Shown: positions 28,167-38,064 of the stretch, in pieces
Position numbering within the stretch: the stretch's first letter is position 1
How the letters are laid out: each line of letters begins with the position of its first letter
From: Eubacteriales bacterium
GTDB lineage: Bacteria > Bacillota > Clostridia > Saccharofermentanales > DTU023
Direction: 5' to 3'
Length of the DNA: 64,000 nucleotides
NCBI GenBank assembly: GCA_030532065.1
Contig: JAUNLW010000001.1
Coordinates: 587,853-651,852, forward strand
Notes under the pieces: model-generated
What the model was told of the DNA's origin: nothing
Databases searched by the model: none
Seen by the model: the letters and a program-made list of their open reading frames with translations, nothing else
Made by a program: the position numbers and the translations under genes

Positions 28167-28811
28167 CTAATCAGCCAAGGCGGCCAATAATTTATGTAAG
28201 CCTTGTTCAGGGGTTGAGCTATTGTCTACGCGCACTAACAACTCTTTTTTCTCATAATAGTCGATCAGGGGCTTGGTATTAGCTTCGTAAACTTCAAGGC
28301 GCTGCTTAATAACTTCAGGCTTGTCATCATCTCTTTGAATCAGCTTACCGCCGCATTTATCACAAATACCCTCTTTTTTAGGAGGATTATCATTTAGATT
28401 ATAAACTTCCGAACAATCAGCACAGGTAACACGAGCAGAAAGACGATTGATGATGAGCTCAGTAGGGATCTCAACCAACACCACTGCATCCAGCGGCGTT
28501 TTGAGCTCAGCTAAGAGCTGGTCTAAATATTCTGCCTGGTCCAAGCTGCGGGGATAACCGTCAAGGATATAACCTTGCTCTTCAGGCAAATTCTTCAAAG
28601 AAGCAGCCAAAATTGAAGAAACCAGTTCTGAGGGAACCAGCTCGCCCTTGTCCATATAAGATTTAGCTTCCTTACCGAGTTCGGTATGGTCAGCTATTTG
28701 TTGTCTCAGCATTGAACCGGTAGAAATATGTACCAGATCTTTTTCGTTAGCTAAGAGACTGGCTAAAGTACCTTTGCCCACACCAGGGGCTCCCAAAAAA
28801 ATTAAGCGCAT
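28167..28811 (-). CDS. adk: adenylate kinase (Zn-binding lid form)
   Basis: The P-loop is GAPGVGKGT. The lid cysteines are CADC...CDKCGG. The start is ATG 28811 (MRLIFLG) with a GAGG RBS, and the ORF-track start at 28838 is an extension. Confidence 0.95.
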   Translation of the reverse strand: MRLIFLGAPGVGKGTLASLLANEKDLVHISTGSMLRQQIADHTELGKEAKSYMDKGELVPSELVSSILAASLKNLPEEQGYILDGYPRSLDQAEYLDQLLAELKTPLDAVVLVEIPTELIINRLSARVTCADCSEVYNLNDNPPKKEGICDKCGGKLIQRDDDKPEVIKQRLEVYEANTKPLIDYYEKKELLVRVDNSSTPEQGLHKLLAALAD

Positions 28812-28845
28812 AAAAACTAACCTCGTTTTATCTTCCATATAAAGG

Positions 28846-28872
28846 CTGCCCGCTAAGTTACTTAGCGGGCAG
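28846..28872 (-). other. perfect 12-bp hairpin in the secY-adk spacer
   Basis: CTGCCCGCTAAG (28846-28857), loop TTA, then CTTAGCGGGCAG (28861-28872). There is no clear U-tract on the minus strand. Confidence 0.6.
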
Positions 28873-28895
28873 CGAGTCGAATCATAGAATAGCCA

Positions 28896-30194
28896 CTAGT
28901 CAAGGAAGCCCTTATAGTGTCTCATCATCATTTGAGCCTCAAGTTGGTTGATCATATCAAGGGCTACGCCAACGATAATCATTACACCAGTACCGCCGAA
29001 CCAAAGCGCCTGGCTGGTTCCGGTCAGGAAACTCATAAGAGTAGGAGCCAAAACGATAATGGTCAGAACTAAAGCTTCAAACCAGTTCAGCTTATTTGCT
29101 GAAGACTTGATGAAATCAGCAGTCGGCTTACCAGGACGAATACCTGGGATATAGCCACCGTTCTTCTGTAGATTCTTGGAGATATCTACAGGATCAAAGG
29201 AGATGCTTGAATAGAAGAAAGTAAATCCTAAGATCAGGATTGCATAGATAGCATAGTAGGACCAGTGCTGGTTAAAGTTCAAGAAAAACTGAGCTACATT
29301 GCCTTTATTTCCGGTAAATCCCGCAATGGTACCAGGCAGCATCATAACTGAAACAGCGAAAATGACTGGTAAAACACCGGATTGATTGACCTTGATAGGC
29401 AGATAAGAACTCTGTCCACCGTACACTTTACGGCCAACAACTTTTTTCGCGTAGTTGATCGGTACTCTTCGTTCCGACATGGAGATGTAAACTACCAAAG
29501 CAATGATCAGCACGAAGAAGGCAAGGATTGCCGCAACACCTAAAATAGCAATTGCCACATTCTTAGTTTGAGTCCAACCTCTAGCGGTCAGGTAGACCAT
29601 ACGGGTAGTATCAGGGATACGGCTTAAAATACCGATAGCAATAATGATGGAAGTACCGTTACCAATACCACGTTCGCCAATCAATTCAGCCAGCCACATG
29701 ACAAAGGCTGAACCAGCAGTAAAGCTCAAGATAACTACGAATGCATTGAGCCAGCCAGGCAGAGCGCTAGTGGAAGCCGTTTTAGTAGCATTCCAGTAGC
29801 TGAAGCTCATAACCAAACCCAAACCCAGTGAGAAATAACGAGTATATTTTTGAATCTTTTTACGGCCGGATTCTCCTTCCTCCTGCAAACGTTGCAAGGA
29901 AGGGATAATTACAGCCAAGAGCTGCATGATAATAGAGGCGTTAATAAATGGTTGGATACCCAGGGACAAGATCGAAACCTGATACAATGCGCCACCGGAA
30001 ACAATGTTCAAAAAGCCACCTAATTGACCAAAGTTTTGCAGAAGCTCCTGGAAGGCAACAGAGCTAATGCCCGGAACTGGGATATGAGTACCCAGCCGGA
30101 ACACTAGAATCGCGATCAGTGTAAAAATAATCCGCTTACGCAGATTTTCTACCTTCCACGCATTGGTAAAGGTTGAGAATATTCCGCCACCCAT
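28896..30194 (-). CDS. secY: preprotein translocase subunit SecY
   Basis: The protein is 432 aa with 10 hydrophobic segments. It occupies the conserved position after rplO. Confidence 0.97.
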   Translation of the reverse strand: MGGGIFSTFTNAWKVENLRKRIIFTLIAILVFRLGTHIPVPGISSVAFQELLQNFGQLGGFLNIVSGGALYQVSILSLGIQPFINASIIMQLLAVIIPSLQRLQEEGESGRKKIQKYTRYFSLGLGLVMSFSYWNATKTASTSALPGWLNAFVVILSFTAGSAFVMWLAELIGERGIGNGTSIIIAIGILSRIPDTTRMVYLTARGWTQTKNVAIAILGVAAILAFFVLIIALVVYISMSERRVPINYAKKVVGRKVYGGQSSYLPIKVNQSGVLPVIFAVSVMMLPGTIAGFTGNKGNVAQFFLNFNQHWSYYAIYAILILGFTFFYSSISFDPVDISKNLQKNGGYIPGIRPGKPTADFIKSSANKLNWFEALVLTIIVLAPTLMSFLTGTSQALWFGGTGVMIIVGVALDMINQLEAQMMMRHYKGFLD

Positions 30195-30197
30195 GGC

Positions 30198-30647
30198 CTA
30201 AACCTCCTCGGCCGTTCCACCAGCCTTTTCGATTTTTTCTCGAGCTGTTTTTGTGAAAGCGGCAGCTTTGACGGTTAGTTTCTTTTCTAACTCACCATCA
30301 CCGAGGATCTTGATGCCATCATTGATAAATGGAATGGAAATCAAGCCTTGCTCGCGAACAGCTGCCACGTCAACGGTAGAACCGTCTTCAAAACTATTCA
30401 ACTGCTCAACATTCAGTATTATAAACTGTTTAGCAAAACGCTTGTTGTTAAATCCACGTTTGGGGAGTCGGCGGTACAAGGGCATTTGGCCACCTTCAAA
30501 GGCAGGATAAGTGCCACCGCCGGAACGGGCGCCTTGACCCTTATGGCCTCTGCCTGAGGTCTTGCCATTTCCTGATCCGTGTCCTCTTCCCTTACGATAG
30601 GACTTCGGCCTGGAACCGGCGTTAGGGCTAAGATCGTTAAGTTTCAT
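30198..30647 (-). CDS. rplO: 50S ribosomal protein L15
   Basis: It contains [12 protein letters not shown] and [13 protein letters not shown]. The start is ATG 30647, 6 nt after GGAGG, and the ORF-track start at 30665 is an extension into rpmD. Confidence 0.96.
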   Translation of the reverse strand: MKLNDLSPNAGSRPKSYRKGRGHGSGNGKTSGRGHKGQGARSGGGTYPAFEGGQMPLYRRLPKRGFNNKRFAKQFIILNVEQLNSFEDGSTVDVAAVREQGLISIPFINDGIKILGDGELEKKLTVKAAAFTKTAREKIEKAGGTAEEV

Positions 30648-30648
30648 A

Positions 30649-30846
30649 TTAGGCCTCCTCATCAATCACTTCGCAGGAAACCAGGTGGCTTACCTTGCGG
30701 CAAATGCCACGGATTGCTGCGTTATCCTCATGTAAAACCTGGTTGCCTCTTTTGGTTAGGCCCAAGCTCTGGAGGTTGGCTAATTGTGCCTTGTTAGCAC
30801 CAGAAGTACTTTTTATCAGGGTTACTAATAACTTGCTCACTTTCAC
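30649..30846 (-). CDS. rpmD: 50S ribosomal protein L30
   Basis: The protein is 65 aa. It contains [10 protein letters not shown] and lies between rpsE and rplO. Confidence 0.93.
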   Translation of the reverse strand: MKVSKLLVTLIKSTSGANKAQLANLQSLGLTKRGNQVLHEDNAAIRGICRKVSHLVSCEVIDEEA

Positions 30847-30850
30847 CCTC

Positions 30851-31504
30851 CTAACCTATGATCTCTTGAATAGTCTTGCCACGTTTGCGGGCGACTTCTT
30901 CCAGAGAGCTGAGGTCTTCCAAGCCGGCGAAAACAGCTTCAACCATGTTCTTCGGGTTGTTAGAACCTAAAGATTTGGTACGAATGTCTTTAATACCGGC
31001 CATATCACAGACGGCACGAACAGGGCCACCAGCGATAACACCAGTACCTTCAGGCGCGGGTTTCATGATTACTCTACCGCCGCCATAGATACCCATGGCC
31101 TCGTGGGGAATGGTTGTTCCTTTTAAAGGAACCTTAATCATGTTCTTTCGGGCAGCTTCAGAACCTTTACGGATTGCGTCAGGTACTTCAGCAGCCTTAC
31201 CAAGTCCATGGCCGACACGACCTTCACCATCACCGACCACGACCAGAGCGGTAAAGCGATAGTTTCTACCACCCTTAACGGTCTTGGCTACTCGGCCAAT
31301 ATGGATCACTTCTTCTCTGAAAGGATCTTTTTTCTCTTCGCTGCGACGGTTGCCACGAGGATTTCTACCACGACGCTCACGTCCACCGCGCTCATCATTG
31401 CGGCCACGATACTGTCCGCCGCGCTCAGAGCCGCGTTCGCTGTTAACTGGTTCCGGAGTAACGTCTACTGCGTTATCCATAGCTTCAAAGTTATTTTCTT
31501 GCAT
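30851..31504 (-). CDS. rpsE: 30S ribosomal protein S5 (with ~55-aa Arg/Gly-rich N-terminal extension)
   Basis: The protein is 217 aa. The core begins at [19 protein letters not shown] and is preceded by [32 protein letters not shown]. Confidence 0.96.
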   Translation of the reverse strand: MQENNFEAMDNAVDVTPEPVNSERGSERGGQYRGRNDERGGRERRGRNPRGNRRSEEKKDPFREEVIHIGRVAKTVKGGRNYRFTALVVVGDGEGRVGHGLGKAAEVPDAIRKGSEAARKNMIKVPLKGTTIPHEAMGIYGGGRVIMKPAPEGTGVIAGGPVRAVCDMAGIKDIRTKSLGSNNPKNMVEAVFAGLEDLSSLEEVARKRGKTIQEIIG

Positions 31505-31515
31505 TTCGGCTCCTC

Positions 31516-31869
31516 CTAGAATTTCAGTCCGGCTTCACGAGCGGCTTCAGCAATGGCTTTTACACGGCCATGGTAAATGTAGCCACTACGATCAAAGACT
31601 ACCGTATCGATATTAGCAGCTAAGGCGCGCTCAGCAACTAATTGTCCAACCTCTTTTGCAGCTTCTACATTAGAACCATTATCTTTGGTTTCCAGGCTGG
31701 AAGCGGCTGCCAGGGTGGTATGAGTCACATCATCGATAATTTGAGCGTAGATATGCTTGTTACTGCGAAAGACACAAAGTCTGGGCCGTTCAGCAGTGCC
31801 GGAGATTTTTTTGCGTACACGAGCTTGTTTTCTCTGACGTACGGCTTTTCTATCAATTTTATTAATCAT
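31516..31869 (-). CDS. rplR: 50S ribosomal protein L18
   Basis: The protein is 117 aa. It contains [16 protein letters not shown] and YHGRVKA. Confidence 0.97.
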   Translation of the reverse strand: MINKIDRKAVRQRKQARVRKKISGTAERPRLCVFRSNKHIYAQIIDDVTHTTLAAASSLETKDNGSNVEAAKEVGQLVAERALAANIDTVVFDRSGYIYHGRVKAIAEAAREAGLKF

Positions 31870-31884
31870 CTAGCCCCTACCTTT

Positions 31885-32421
31885 CTATGCACCAGTCTTG
31901 CCTTCCTTGAGGCGGACTACTTCGCCGTCATAGCGGATTCCTTTGCCCTTATAAGGCTCAGGCGGACGAACCGCACGGATTTTGGCGGTCATTTCACCAA
32001 CCAGTTGCTTATCAATACCCTTAACGACAATTTGGTTGGGACCTGGCACTTCATAAGTAATGCCTGCGGGCTCTTCCATAAAGACCTGATGAGACAGACC
32101 TACTGACAGGACCAGTTTATTACCCTGCTTTTCAGCCTTATAGCCTACGCCTTCAATGCGTAATTTCTTTTCATAACCTTCGTCGACGCCTACTACCATA
32201 TTATGGATCAGAGAGCGATAAAGACCATGTAAGGCTCTTACTTCTTTAGTGTCGCTAGAGCGACTTACTTGGACTACGCCGTCTTGGACCTCAACATTGA
32301 TAGATGGGTCGATCTTTTGTACCAATTGGTTGTTGCCTTTGCTCACGGTAACAATATGATTTTGATACTTAACCTCGACACCATCGGGAATGGGGACGGG
32401 TTTCTTACCTATACGAGACAT
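31885..32421 (-). CDS. rplF: 50S ribosomal protein L6
   Basis: The protein is 178 aa. It contains MSRIGKKPVPIP and PEPYKGKGIRY. Confidence 0.97.
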   Translation of the reverse strand: MSRIGKKPVPIPDGVEVKYQNHIVTVSKGNNQLVQKIDPSINVEVQDGVVQVSRSSDTKEVRALHGLYRSLIHNMVVGVDEGYEKKLRIEGVGYKAEKQGNKLVLSVGLSHQVFMEEPAGITYEVPGPNQIVVKGIDKQLVGEMTAKIRAVRPPEPYKGKGIRYDGEVVRLKEGKTGA

Positions 32422-32473
32422 TCTTTCCTCCTGCTCTTAAGATTGCAGTGCCTAAGCACCTTTTCAGAGTTTT

Positions 32474-32869
32474 CTACCAGACGTAAGCTAAAACTTCGCC
32501 GCCTACGTTTTCTTTACGGGCTTGTTTATCAGACATCACACCCTTGGAAGTGGAAACGATAGCAATACCTAAACCACCGAGTACCTTGGGCATTTCCTGG
32601 GCATTAGCATACACGCGGAGACCGGGCTTGGAAATTCTCTTTATACCTTTGATGACATTCTTACTGTCACGGTATTTCAGAGTTACGATAATTTCTCCCT
32701 GAACTCCCTTATCAGTGTAATCAATTTTTTCGATATAGCCTTCATCCAGCAGAATGTTGGCGATTGACTTCTTCATGTTGGAAGCGGGAATTACACAAGA
32801 TTCGTGACCAGCACTTCCGGCGTTGCGAATGCGGGTGAGCATATCAGCAATTGGATCAGTAATTTGCAT
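32474..32869 (-). CDS. rpsH: 30S ribosomal protein S8
   Basis: The protein is 131 aa. It contains [13 protein letters not shown]. Confidence 0.97.
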   Translation of the reverse strand: MQITDPIADMLTRIRNAGSAGHESCVIPASNMKKSIANILLDEGYIEKIDYTDKGVQGEIIVTLKYRDSKNVIKGIKRISKPGLRVYANAQEMPKVLGGLGIAIVSTSKGVMSDKQARKENVGGEVLAYVW

Positions 32870-32883
32870 ATGTTCGCTCCCTT

Positions 32884-33069
32884 CTACCAGCTAGCCTTAC
32901 GGACACCGGGGATTTCGCCTTTATAGGCCAGTTCCCTGAAGCACAAACGGCAAATACCGAACTTGCGCATATAAGCATGAGGACGGCCGCAGATAAGACA
33001 GCGATTGTGTTCCCGAGTGGAATACTTGGCTGGACGTTGGCTTTTAATAATTTGAGACTTTTTGGCCAT
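32884..33069 (-). CDS. rpsN: 30S ribosomal protein S14, type Z (zinc form)
   Basis: The protein is 61 aa. It contains [20 protein letters not shown]. Confidence 0.96.
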   Translation of the reverse strand: MAKKSQIIKSQRPAKYSTREHNRCLICGRPHAYMRKFGICRLCFRELAYKGEIPGVRKASW

Positions 33070-33081
33070 TTTATCCTCCTC

Positions 33082-33624
33082 TTATTTACGGAAGGGCATG
33101 CCTAAGCCCTCAAGAAGGGCTTTGCCTTCCTCGTCGCTATTGGCGGTCGTGACGATAGCTATATCTAAGCCACGAATTTTATCGACTGTATCATAATCGA
33201 TTTCCGGGAAAATCAACTGTTCCTTAGCTCCTAAGGCGTAGTTGCCACGGCCGTCGAAGGAATTAGGGTTGATACCACGGAAGTCACGTGTACGAGGCAG
33301 AGCAATGCTGACTAATTTATCCATGAAGTCATACATACGCTCACCACGTAAGGTAACTTTTATACCGATGGGCATACCCTGACGCAGCTTAAAGTTAGCT
33401 ACAGATTTACGGGCTTTAACTACGATGGGTTTTTGACCGGAAATAGTTTCCAGAACTTTTACCGAGTTCTCAATGGCCTTAGCGTTTTCCTTAGCATCGC
33501 CAACACCCATGTTCAGCACAATCTTCTCGAGTTTGGGAACTTCCATGATCGAGCCGTAGTGGAAGCGCTCAATAAGGGCAGGCACAATTTCGTCTTGGTA
33601 TTTATTGTACAATCTGTTTTCCAT
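33082..33624 (-). CDS. rplE: 50S ribosomal protein L5
   Basis: The protein is 180 aa. It contains [23 protein letters not shown]. Confidence 0.97.
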   Translation of the reverse strand: MENRLYNKYQDEIVPALIERFHYGSIMEVPKLEKIVLNMGVGDAKENAKAIENSVKVLETISGQKPIVVKARKSVANFKLRQGMPIGIKVTLRGERMYDFMDKLVSIALPRTRDFRGINPNSFDGRGNYALGAKEQLIFPEIDYDTVDKIRGLDIAIVTTANSDEEGKALLEGLGMPFRK

Positions 33625-33637
33625 ACTCTACCTCAAT

Positions 33638-33979
33638 CTACTTTTTTGCCTGACGCAGGACATCTATCTCTTTACCACAAGCCTTGCAAACACGGACTTT
33701 TTCGCCATTTTCTTTGACTACTTTACCGGTCTTTGAAGGGCGCTTGCAGTTGGGGCATACTAGCATGACGTTAGAAGCGTCAATGGAACCCTCTACTTTC
33801 ACCAGTCCACCTGTTCCCAGTTGAGGATTGGGCTTCTGGTGTTTAGTAACAATATTTACACCTTGAACGATTACACGGCCCTTGATGGGGTCTACTTTGA
33901 GGACCTTACCAGTCTTGCCGGCATCCTTGCCTGAAAGGACATAAACGTTGTCATTAACTTTTACATGCATTGTAGACAT
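33638..33979 (-). CDS. rplX: 50S ribosomal protein L24 (with CxxC...CxxC ribbon)
   Basis: The protein is 113 aa. It has the KOW motif VLSGKDAGKTGKV and CPNC...CKAC in the C-terminal part. AGGAGG lies 5 nt upstream of the ATG. Confidence 0.96.
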   Translation of the reverse strand: MSTMHVKVNDNVYVLSGKDAGKTGKVLKVDPIKGRVIVQGVNIVTKHQKPNPQLGTGGLVKVEGSIDASNVMLVCPNCKRPSKTGKVVKENGEKVRVCKACGKEIDVLRQAKK

Positions 33980-33988
33980 GGAATCCTC

Positions 33989-34357
33989 CTAAAGTACTTC
34001 CGGCGCCAGTGACAGAATACGCATGAAATTCTTCTCACGTAATTCCCTGGCGATCGGTCCAAAGATACGCGTACCTTGAGGATTGTTGTCATCCTTCAAG
34101 ATAACGGCGGCATTTTCGTCAAAGCGGATAATAGATCCGTCGTTACGCTTTACACCACGTTTAGTGCGAACTATAACAGCTTTAACTACGTCACCTTTTT
34201 TCACAACGCCACCGGGCGCTGCTTCTTTGACCGAGCAAACGATGACATCACCGATGTTGGCATAGCGGATGCCGGTACCACCAAGCACTTTTATACATTG
34301 CAGTTGCTTAGCACCGGTGTTGTCAGCAGATTTTAGATAACTTTGAACTTGAATCAT
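33989..34357 (-). CDS. rplN: 50S ribosomal protein L14
   Basis: The protein is 122 aa. It contains [17 protein letters not shown]. Confidence 0.97.
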   Translation of the reverse strand: MIQVQSYLKSADNTGAKQLQCIKVLGGTGIRYANIGDVIVCSVKEAAPGGVVKKGDVVKAVIVRTKRGVKRNDGSIIRFDENAAVILKDDNNPQGTRIFGPIARELREKNFMRILSLAPEVL

Positions 34358-34373
34358 TCTAATTTGCCTCCAA

Positions 34374-34628
34374 CTACTTAGCTCTTTCGATGATTTTCTC
34401 TACACGCCAATGCTTATCCTTGCTTAAGGGGCGAGTTTCCATGAGTCGTACGGTATCGCCTACATTGCAGGTGTTATCTTCGTCGTGAGCTTTGATGCGA
34501 ACGGTGCGCTTCATGGTCTTCTTGTATAACGGGTGTTGCTCCATGGAGGTTACTTCTACGACAACAGTCTTATCCATTTTGTCGGAAACAACGAGGCCGG
34601 TTATAGTTTTACGATTATTTCTTTCCAT
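34374..34628 (-). CDS. rpsQ: 30S ribosomal protein S17
   Basis: The protein is 84 aa. It contains [14 protein letters not shown] and HDE.N.C..GD. Confidence 0.97.
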   Translation of the reverse strand: MERNNRKTITGLVVSDKMDKTVVVEVTSMEQHPLYKKTMKRTVRIKAHDEDNTCNVGDTVRLMETRPLSKDKHWRVEKIIERAK

Positions 34629-34638
34629 AATTTACCCC

Positions 34639-34845
34639 TTAGTTAACCTTCTGCTCAGCCAGTTCACGCTCACGCATGACTGTCTTTACTCGAGCAATAT
34701 CACGTTTGACCGTCTTTAATTGCAGAGGATTAGCCAACTGGTTGGTAGCGTGCTGGAACCTAAGTTTAAAAAGCTCTTCCTTGAGAGCCAGGAGTTCCTG
34801 ATTGAGCTCTTCGTGGCTCTTATTTCTTAAATCGGTAGCTTTCAT
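34639..34845 (-). CDS. rpmC: 50S ribosomal protein L29
   Basis: The protein is 68 aa. It contains [14 protein letters not shown]. Confidence 0.96.
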   Translation of the reverse strand: MKATDLRNKSHEELNQELLALKEELFKLRFQHATNQLANPLQLKTVKRDIARVKTVMRERELAEQKVN

Positions 34846-35402
34846 TATTCCTCGCCCTCCTCATCTGACTTAGTTTCGCCTACAAGTTCAGGTTCGGCAT
34901 TAGCTGCTTCCGCGACTGCGTCTGCTTCTTCAAGGCTTTCGAGAACATCCATCTGCACTTCAGCAAATTTCTCGAATTCTGCTTCTGACATCACACGGTC
35001 GCTCTTAACAAATTTACATTTAATTGGTAGTTTGTGGCCAGCAAGACGGAAAGCTTCTTTGGCAATTTCCTCAGATACACCGGCGAGCTCAAAAAGCACA
35101 CGACCGGGCTTTACTACTGCTACCCAATACTCGGGAGAACCTTTACCGGAACCCATTCTGGTTTCTGCGGGCTTAGCGGTTACAGATTTATCAGGGAAAA
35201 CCTTGATCCATACTTTACCGCCTCTGCGGAGGTAACGGTTGATAGCTACACGAGCAGCCTCAATTTGAGCGGAAGTCAGCCAACAGGGTTCTAAAGCCTG
35301 GAGGCCATATTGGCCATAAGCTACCGTATTGCCTCTGGCTGCCTTGCCCTTCATGCGACCACGATGTTGTTTTCTGTATTTAACACGTTTAGGTAATAAC
35401 AT
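34845..35402 (-). CDS. rplP: 50S ribosomal protein L16 (with ~45-aa acidic C-terminal extension)
   Basis: The protein is 185 aa. It contains [19 protein letters not shown]. The tail ...[45 protein letters not shown] extends beyond the usual end. Confidence 0.96.
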   Translation of the reverse strand: MLLPKRVKYRKQHRGRMKGKAARGNTVAYGQYGLQALEPCWLTSAQIEAARVAINRYLRRGGKVWIKVFPDKSVTAKPAETRMGSGKGSPEYWVAVVKPGRVLFELAGVSEEIAKEAFRLAGHKLPIKCKFVKSDRVMSEAEFEKFAEVQMDVLESLEEADAVAEAANAEPELVGETKSDEEGEE

Positions 35403-36068
35403 CTAGGCTTCTCCTTCTTCTAACTGCTTTTGGGAAAGAGCGATAATCTCACCTTTGTAGATCCAAACCTTGACACCTAAACGACCATACTGAGTGTGAG
35501 CTTCAGCAAAGCCGTAATCAATGTCAGCGCGCATGGTGTGCAGAGGAATACTACCTACGTGGTACTCTTCGGATCGCGCGATTTCAGCTCCACCCAAACG
35601 GCCACTGCAGCGTACTTTTACACCCTTGGCACCAGCCTTCATTCCACTATTCATAGCTTGTTTCATGGCACGGCGGAAAGAAACACGTTCTTCCAATTGA
35701 CGGGCGATGCTGTCAGCAACACATTGTGCATCGGTTTCAGGAGTTTTGATCTCCTTAACATTAATAAAAAAGTTGCGTTTAAAGCGACGGCTCAGGTCCT
35801 GCTTTAACTTATCAATCTCTGCTCCCTGACGGCCGATAACAATACCAGGTTTAGACGTGGAGATAGTGATAATAACCTTCTCCTCACCTTCGCGTTCGAT
35901 CTCAAGGCGTGAAACGCCAGCGTTGGACATACGTTGATTGAGGTATTCGCGAATTTGGTAGTCCTCTACGAGGAAGCGCGAGAAGTTTTTCTTATCAGCG
36001 TACCAACGGGCATCCCAATCTTTGATAACGCCGACTCTAAAACCGTGGGGATTTACTTTCTGACCCAT
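35403..36068 (-). CDS. rpsC: 30S ribosomal protein S3
   Basis: The protein is 221 aa. It contains MGQKVNPHGFR and a KH domain. Confidence 0.97.
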   Translation of the reverse strand: MGQKVNPHGFRVGVIKDWDARWYADKKNFSRFLVEDYQIREYLNQRMSNAGVSRLEIEREGEEKVIITISTSKPGIVIGRQGAEIDKLKQDLSRRFKRNFFINVKEIKTPETDAQCVADSIARQLEERVSFRRAMKQAMNSGMKAGAKGVKVRCSGRLGGAEIARSEEYHVGSIPLHTMRADIDYGFAEAHTQYGRLGVKVWIYKGEIIALSQKQLEEGEA

Positions 36069-36077
36069 AATTTCCTC

Positions 36078-36554
36078 CTATGCTCTTTCTCTAACTACCA
36101 CATTGAGGTGGCAGGTCCGCTTATTGATTCTACTGGCAGAGCCTTTGCCGCCTGCGCGCCATCTCTTCAGGACAGGGCCGGGGCTAACATAAATCTCTGA
36201 GACATAAAGAGCGTCAGGATTTAAAGAATTGTTGTTAACCGCATTAGCTTCAGCAGATTCTAAAGCCTTCAGCACAATTGGAGCGGCTCCGCGATTGGTA
36301 TAGGTCAAGATGGCTTTAGCTTCACGTACATCTTTGCCCCGAACAGTATCGCAAACCTGGCTTACCTTAAAGGGAGAGATTCTGATGTGTTTGACTTCGA
36401 CCTTACCTTCATCTTTACCTAAGCCCAGGATTTTACGCTCCTTTTTGGTCAGGACAGGTTTTTTAGCAGATTTCTTTTGAACAGCTTTGTATTGCTGGAT
36501 GAGTTCCTCACGGTTGTCCAACAATTCCTGCTTACTCATTACTTTTCTAGACAC
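36078..36554 (-). CDS. rplV: 50S ribosomal protein L22 (with ~45-aa Lys-rich N-terminal extension)
   Basis: The core is HIRISPFKVSQVCDTVRGKDV. The likely start is GTG 36554, 6 nt after AGAGGAGGA, with ATG 36539 as an alternative. The ORF-track start at 36629 overlaps rpsS and is unlikely. Confidence 0.93.
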   Translation of the reverse strand: MSRKVMSKQELLDNREELIQQYKAVQKKSAKKPVLTKKERKILGLGKDEGKVEVKHIRISPFKVSQVCDTVRGKDVREAKAILTYTNRGAAPIVLKALESAEANAVNNNSLNPDALYVSEIYVSPGPVLKRWRAGGKGSASRINKRTCHLNVVVRERA

Positions 36555-36570
36555 AGTAATTCCTCCTCTA

Positions 36571-36843
36571 CTACACACCGCGTTCCGACTTGGCGTGTGA
36601 ACGGAAGAAACGAGTAGGAGCGAACTCACCTAATTTGTGTCCGACCATTTCTTCTGTGATATACACGGGAACGTGCTTCTTACCGTCATGGACAGCGATT
36701 GTATGTCCGACCATTTCAGGGAAGATGGTTGAGGAGCGAGACCAAGTTTTGAGAACCTTATGTTCGTTGTTCTCGTTCATCTTGATAATACGTTCCAACA
36801 GTCTCTCGTCTACGTAGAAGCCTTTTTTTGAAGAACGACTCAT
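36571..36843 (-). CDS. rpsS: 30S ribosomal protein S19
   Basis: The protein is 90 aa. It contains [12 protein letters not shown] and [11 protein letters not shown]. Confidence 0.97.
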   Translation of the reverse strand: MSRSSKKGFYVDERLLERIIKMNENNEHKVLKTWSRSSTIFPEMVGHTIAVHDGKKHVPVYITEEMVGHKLGEFAPTRFFRSHAKSERGV

Positions 36844-36855
36844 GCTTTACCTCCC

Positions 36856-37680
36856 TTACTTCTCACGACGGACAATGTATTTGTCTGAATGCTTACGACG
36901 TTTTCTGGTCTTGACGCCACGGGTAGGTTTGCCCCAGGCAGATTTAGGACTGGGCATACCGATGGGGTTACGGCCTTCACCACCACCGTGGGGGTGATCG
37001 ACGGGGTTCATAACTTTACCACGAACCATCGGACGGCGGCCTAGATTTCTGACACGACCAGCTTTACCGTAAGTGATGTTCTCATGATCGATATTACCTA
37101 CAATACCAACCGTTGCCCGGCAGTCTTGCAGTACTAAACGGTGCTCACCGGAAGGTAGACGCAGCTGAGCGTATTTTCCTTCTTTAGCCATCAACTGTGC
37201 GCCGGTTCCAGCTGCGCGAACCATTTGAGCGCCGCGGCCGGGGTGCAGTTCCACACAATGGACCATGGTACCAACCGGGATATTCTTGATGGGAAGGCAG
37301 TTGCCATCAACAGGGTCTACATCTGCACCAGAAATAACCTGGTCACCAGTTTTGAGACCGTGGGGAGCGAGGATATAGGTCTTAGTGCCGTCAGCATAAT
37401 GTAAAAGAGCAATGCGGGCGCTGCGGTTAGGATCGTATTCGATGGAAGCAACTTTAGCGGGAATACCCTCTTTGTTTCTGTTCCATTCGATTACGCGATA
37501 TTTTCTACGATTTCCGCCACCTCTGTGCCGGGCAGTGATACGACCATAGTTGTTACGGCCAGCTTTTTGGTTACGAACCCTGGTTAATGCTTTCTCAGGC
37601 CGCTTGGCGGTCAACTGAGAAAAATCGGCCGTGGTCATTTCCCTGCGTCCGGGAGAAGTGGGGCGATATGATTTAGCCAT
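36856..37680 (-). CDS. rplB: 50S ribosomal protein L2
   Basis: The protein is 274 aa. It contains [16 protein letters not shown] and [14 protein letters not shown]. Confidence 0.98.
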   Translation of the reverse strand: MAKSYRPTSPGRREMTTADFSQLTAKRPEKALTRVRNQKAGRNNYGRITARHRGGGNRRKYRVIEWNRNKEGIPAKVASIEYDPNRSARIALLHYADGTKTYILAPHGLKTGDQVISGADVDPVDGNCLPIKNIPVGTMVHCVELHPGRGAQMVRAAGTGAQLMAKEGKYAQLRLPSGEHRLVLQDCRATVGIVGNIDHENITYGKAGRVRNLGRRPMVRGKVMNPVDHPHGGGEGRNPIGMPSPKSAWGKPTRGVKTRKRRKHSDKYIVRREK

Positions 37681-37710
37681 GTTACTTTACTCCTTCTGTC
37701 TGGGAGGCGA

Positions 37711-38064
37711 CTACACGCCTAACCCGAATTCTTCAATGTGATCTTTATACTTCTTATCAGAAGTTACCGATTTGCCACCTTTGCCCAGATAGGTCTGAGG
37801 TTGAGGATCGGTGTCAATGGTGACAATAGCTTTCTTCCAAGAAGGTGTACGTCCGGAATTTAGGCCCATACGCTTGATTTTGCCTTGCACATTGCGAGTG
37901 TTGACTTTTAGGACTTTTACGCCAAAAAGAGTCTCACAAGCTTGGCGAATCTCAGGCTTTGTAGCATCCTTAGCCACCTTGAAGGTGTACTTTCCGTCGT
38001 AACTGATGGAGGCACTGCGTTCAGTAATGATAGGTGCCAGGATAACATCATGCGGGTTCTTCAT
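37711..38064 (-). CDS. rplW: 50S ribosomal protein L23 (C-terminal ~20-aa extension)
   Basis: The protein is 117 aa. It contains DVILAPIITERS and KKAIVT. Confidence 0.96.
   Translation of the reverse strand: MKNPHDVILAPIITERSASISYDGKYTFKVAKDATKPEIRQACETLFGVKVLKVNTRNVQGKIKRMGLNSGRTPSWKKAIVTIDTDPQPQTYLGKGGKSVTSDKKYKDHIEEFGLGV

Noticed and set aside
33677-33757. A CxxC...CxxC zinc-ribbon in L24, which is not among the classical C+/C- ribosomal proteins.
   Set aside because: As far as I recall, Cys-containing L24 forms of this kind exist in other lineages (e.g. Thermus). This is lineage variation rather than something new. It is consistent with the Zn forms of S14, L36 and Adk in the same cluster.
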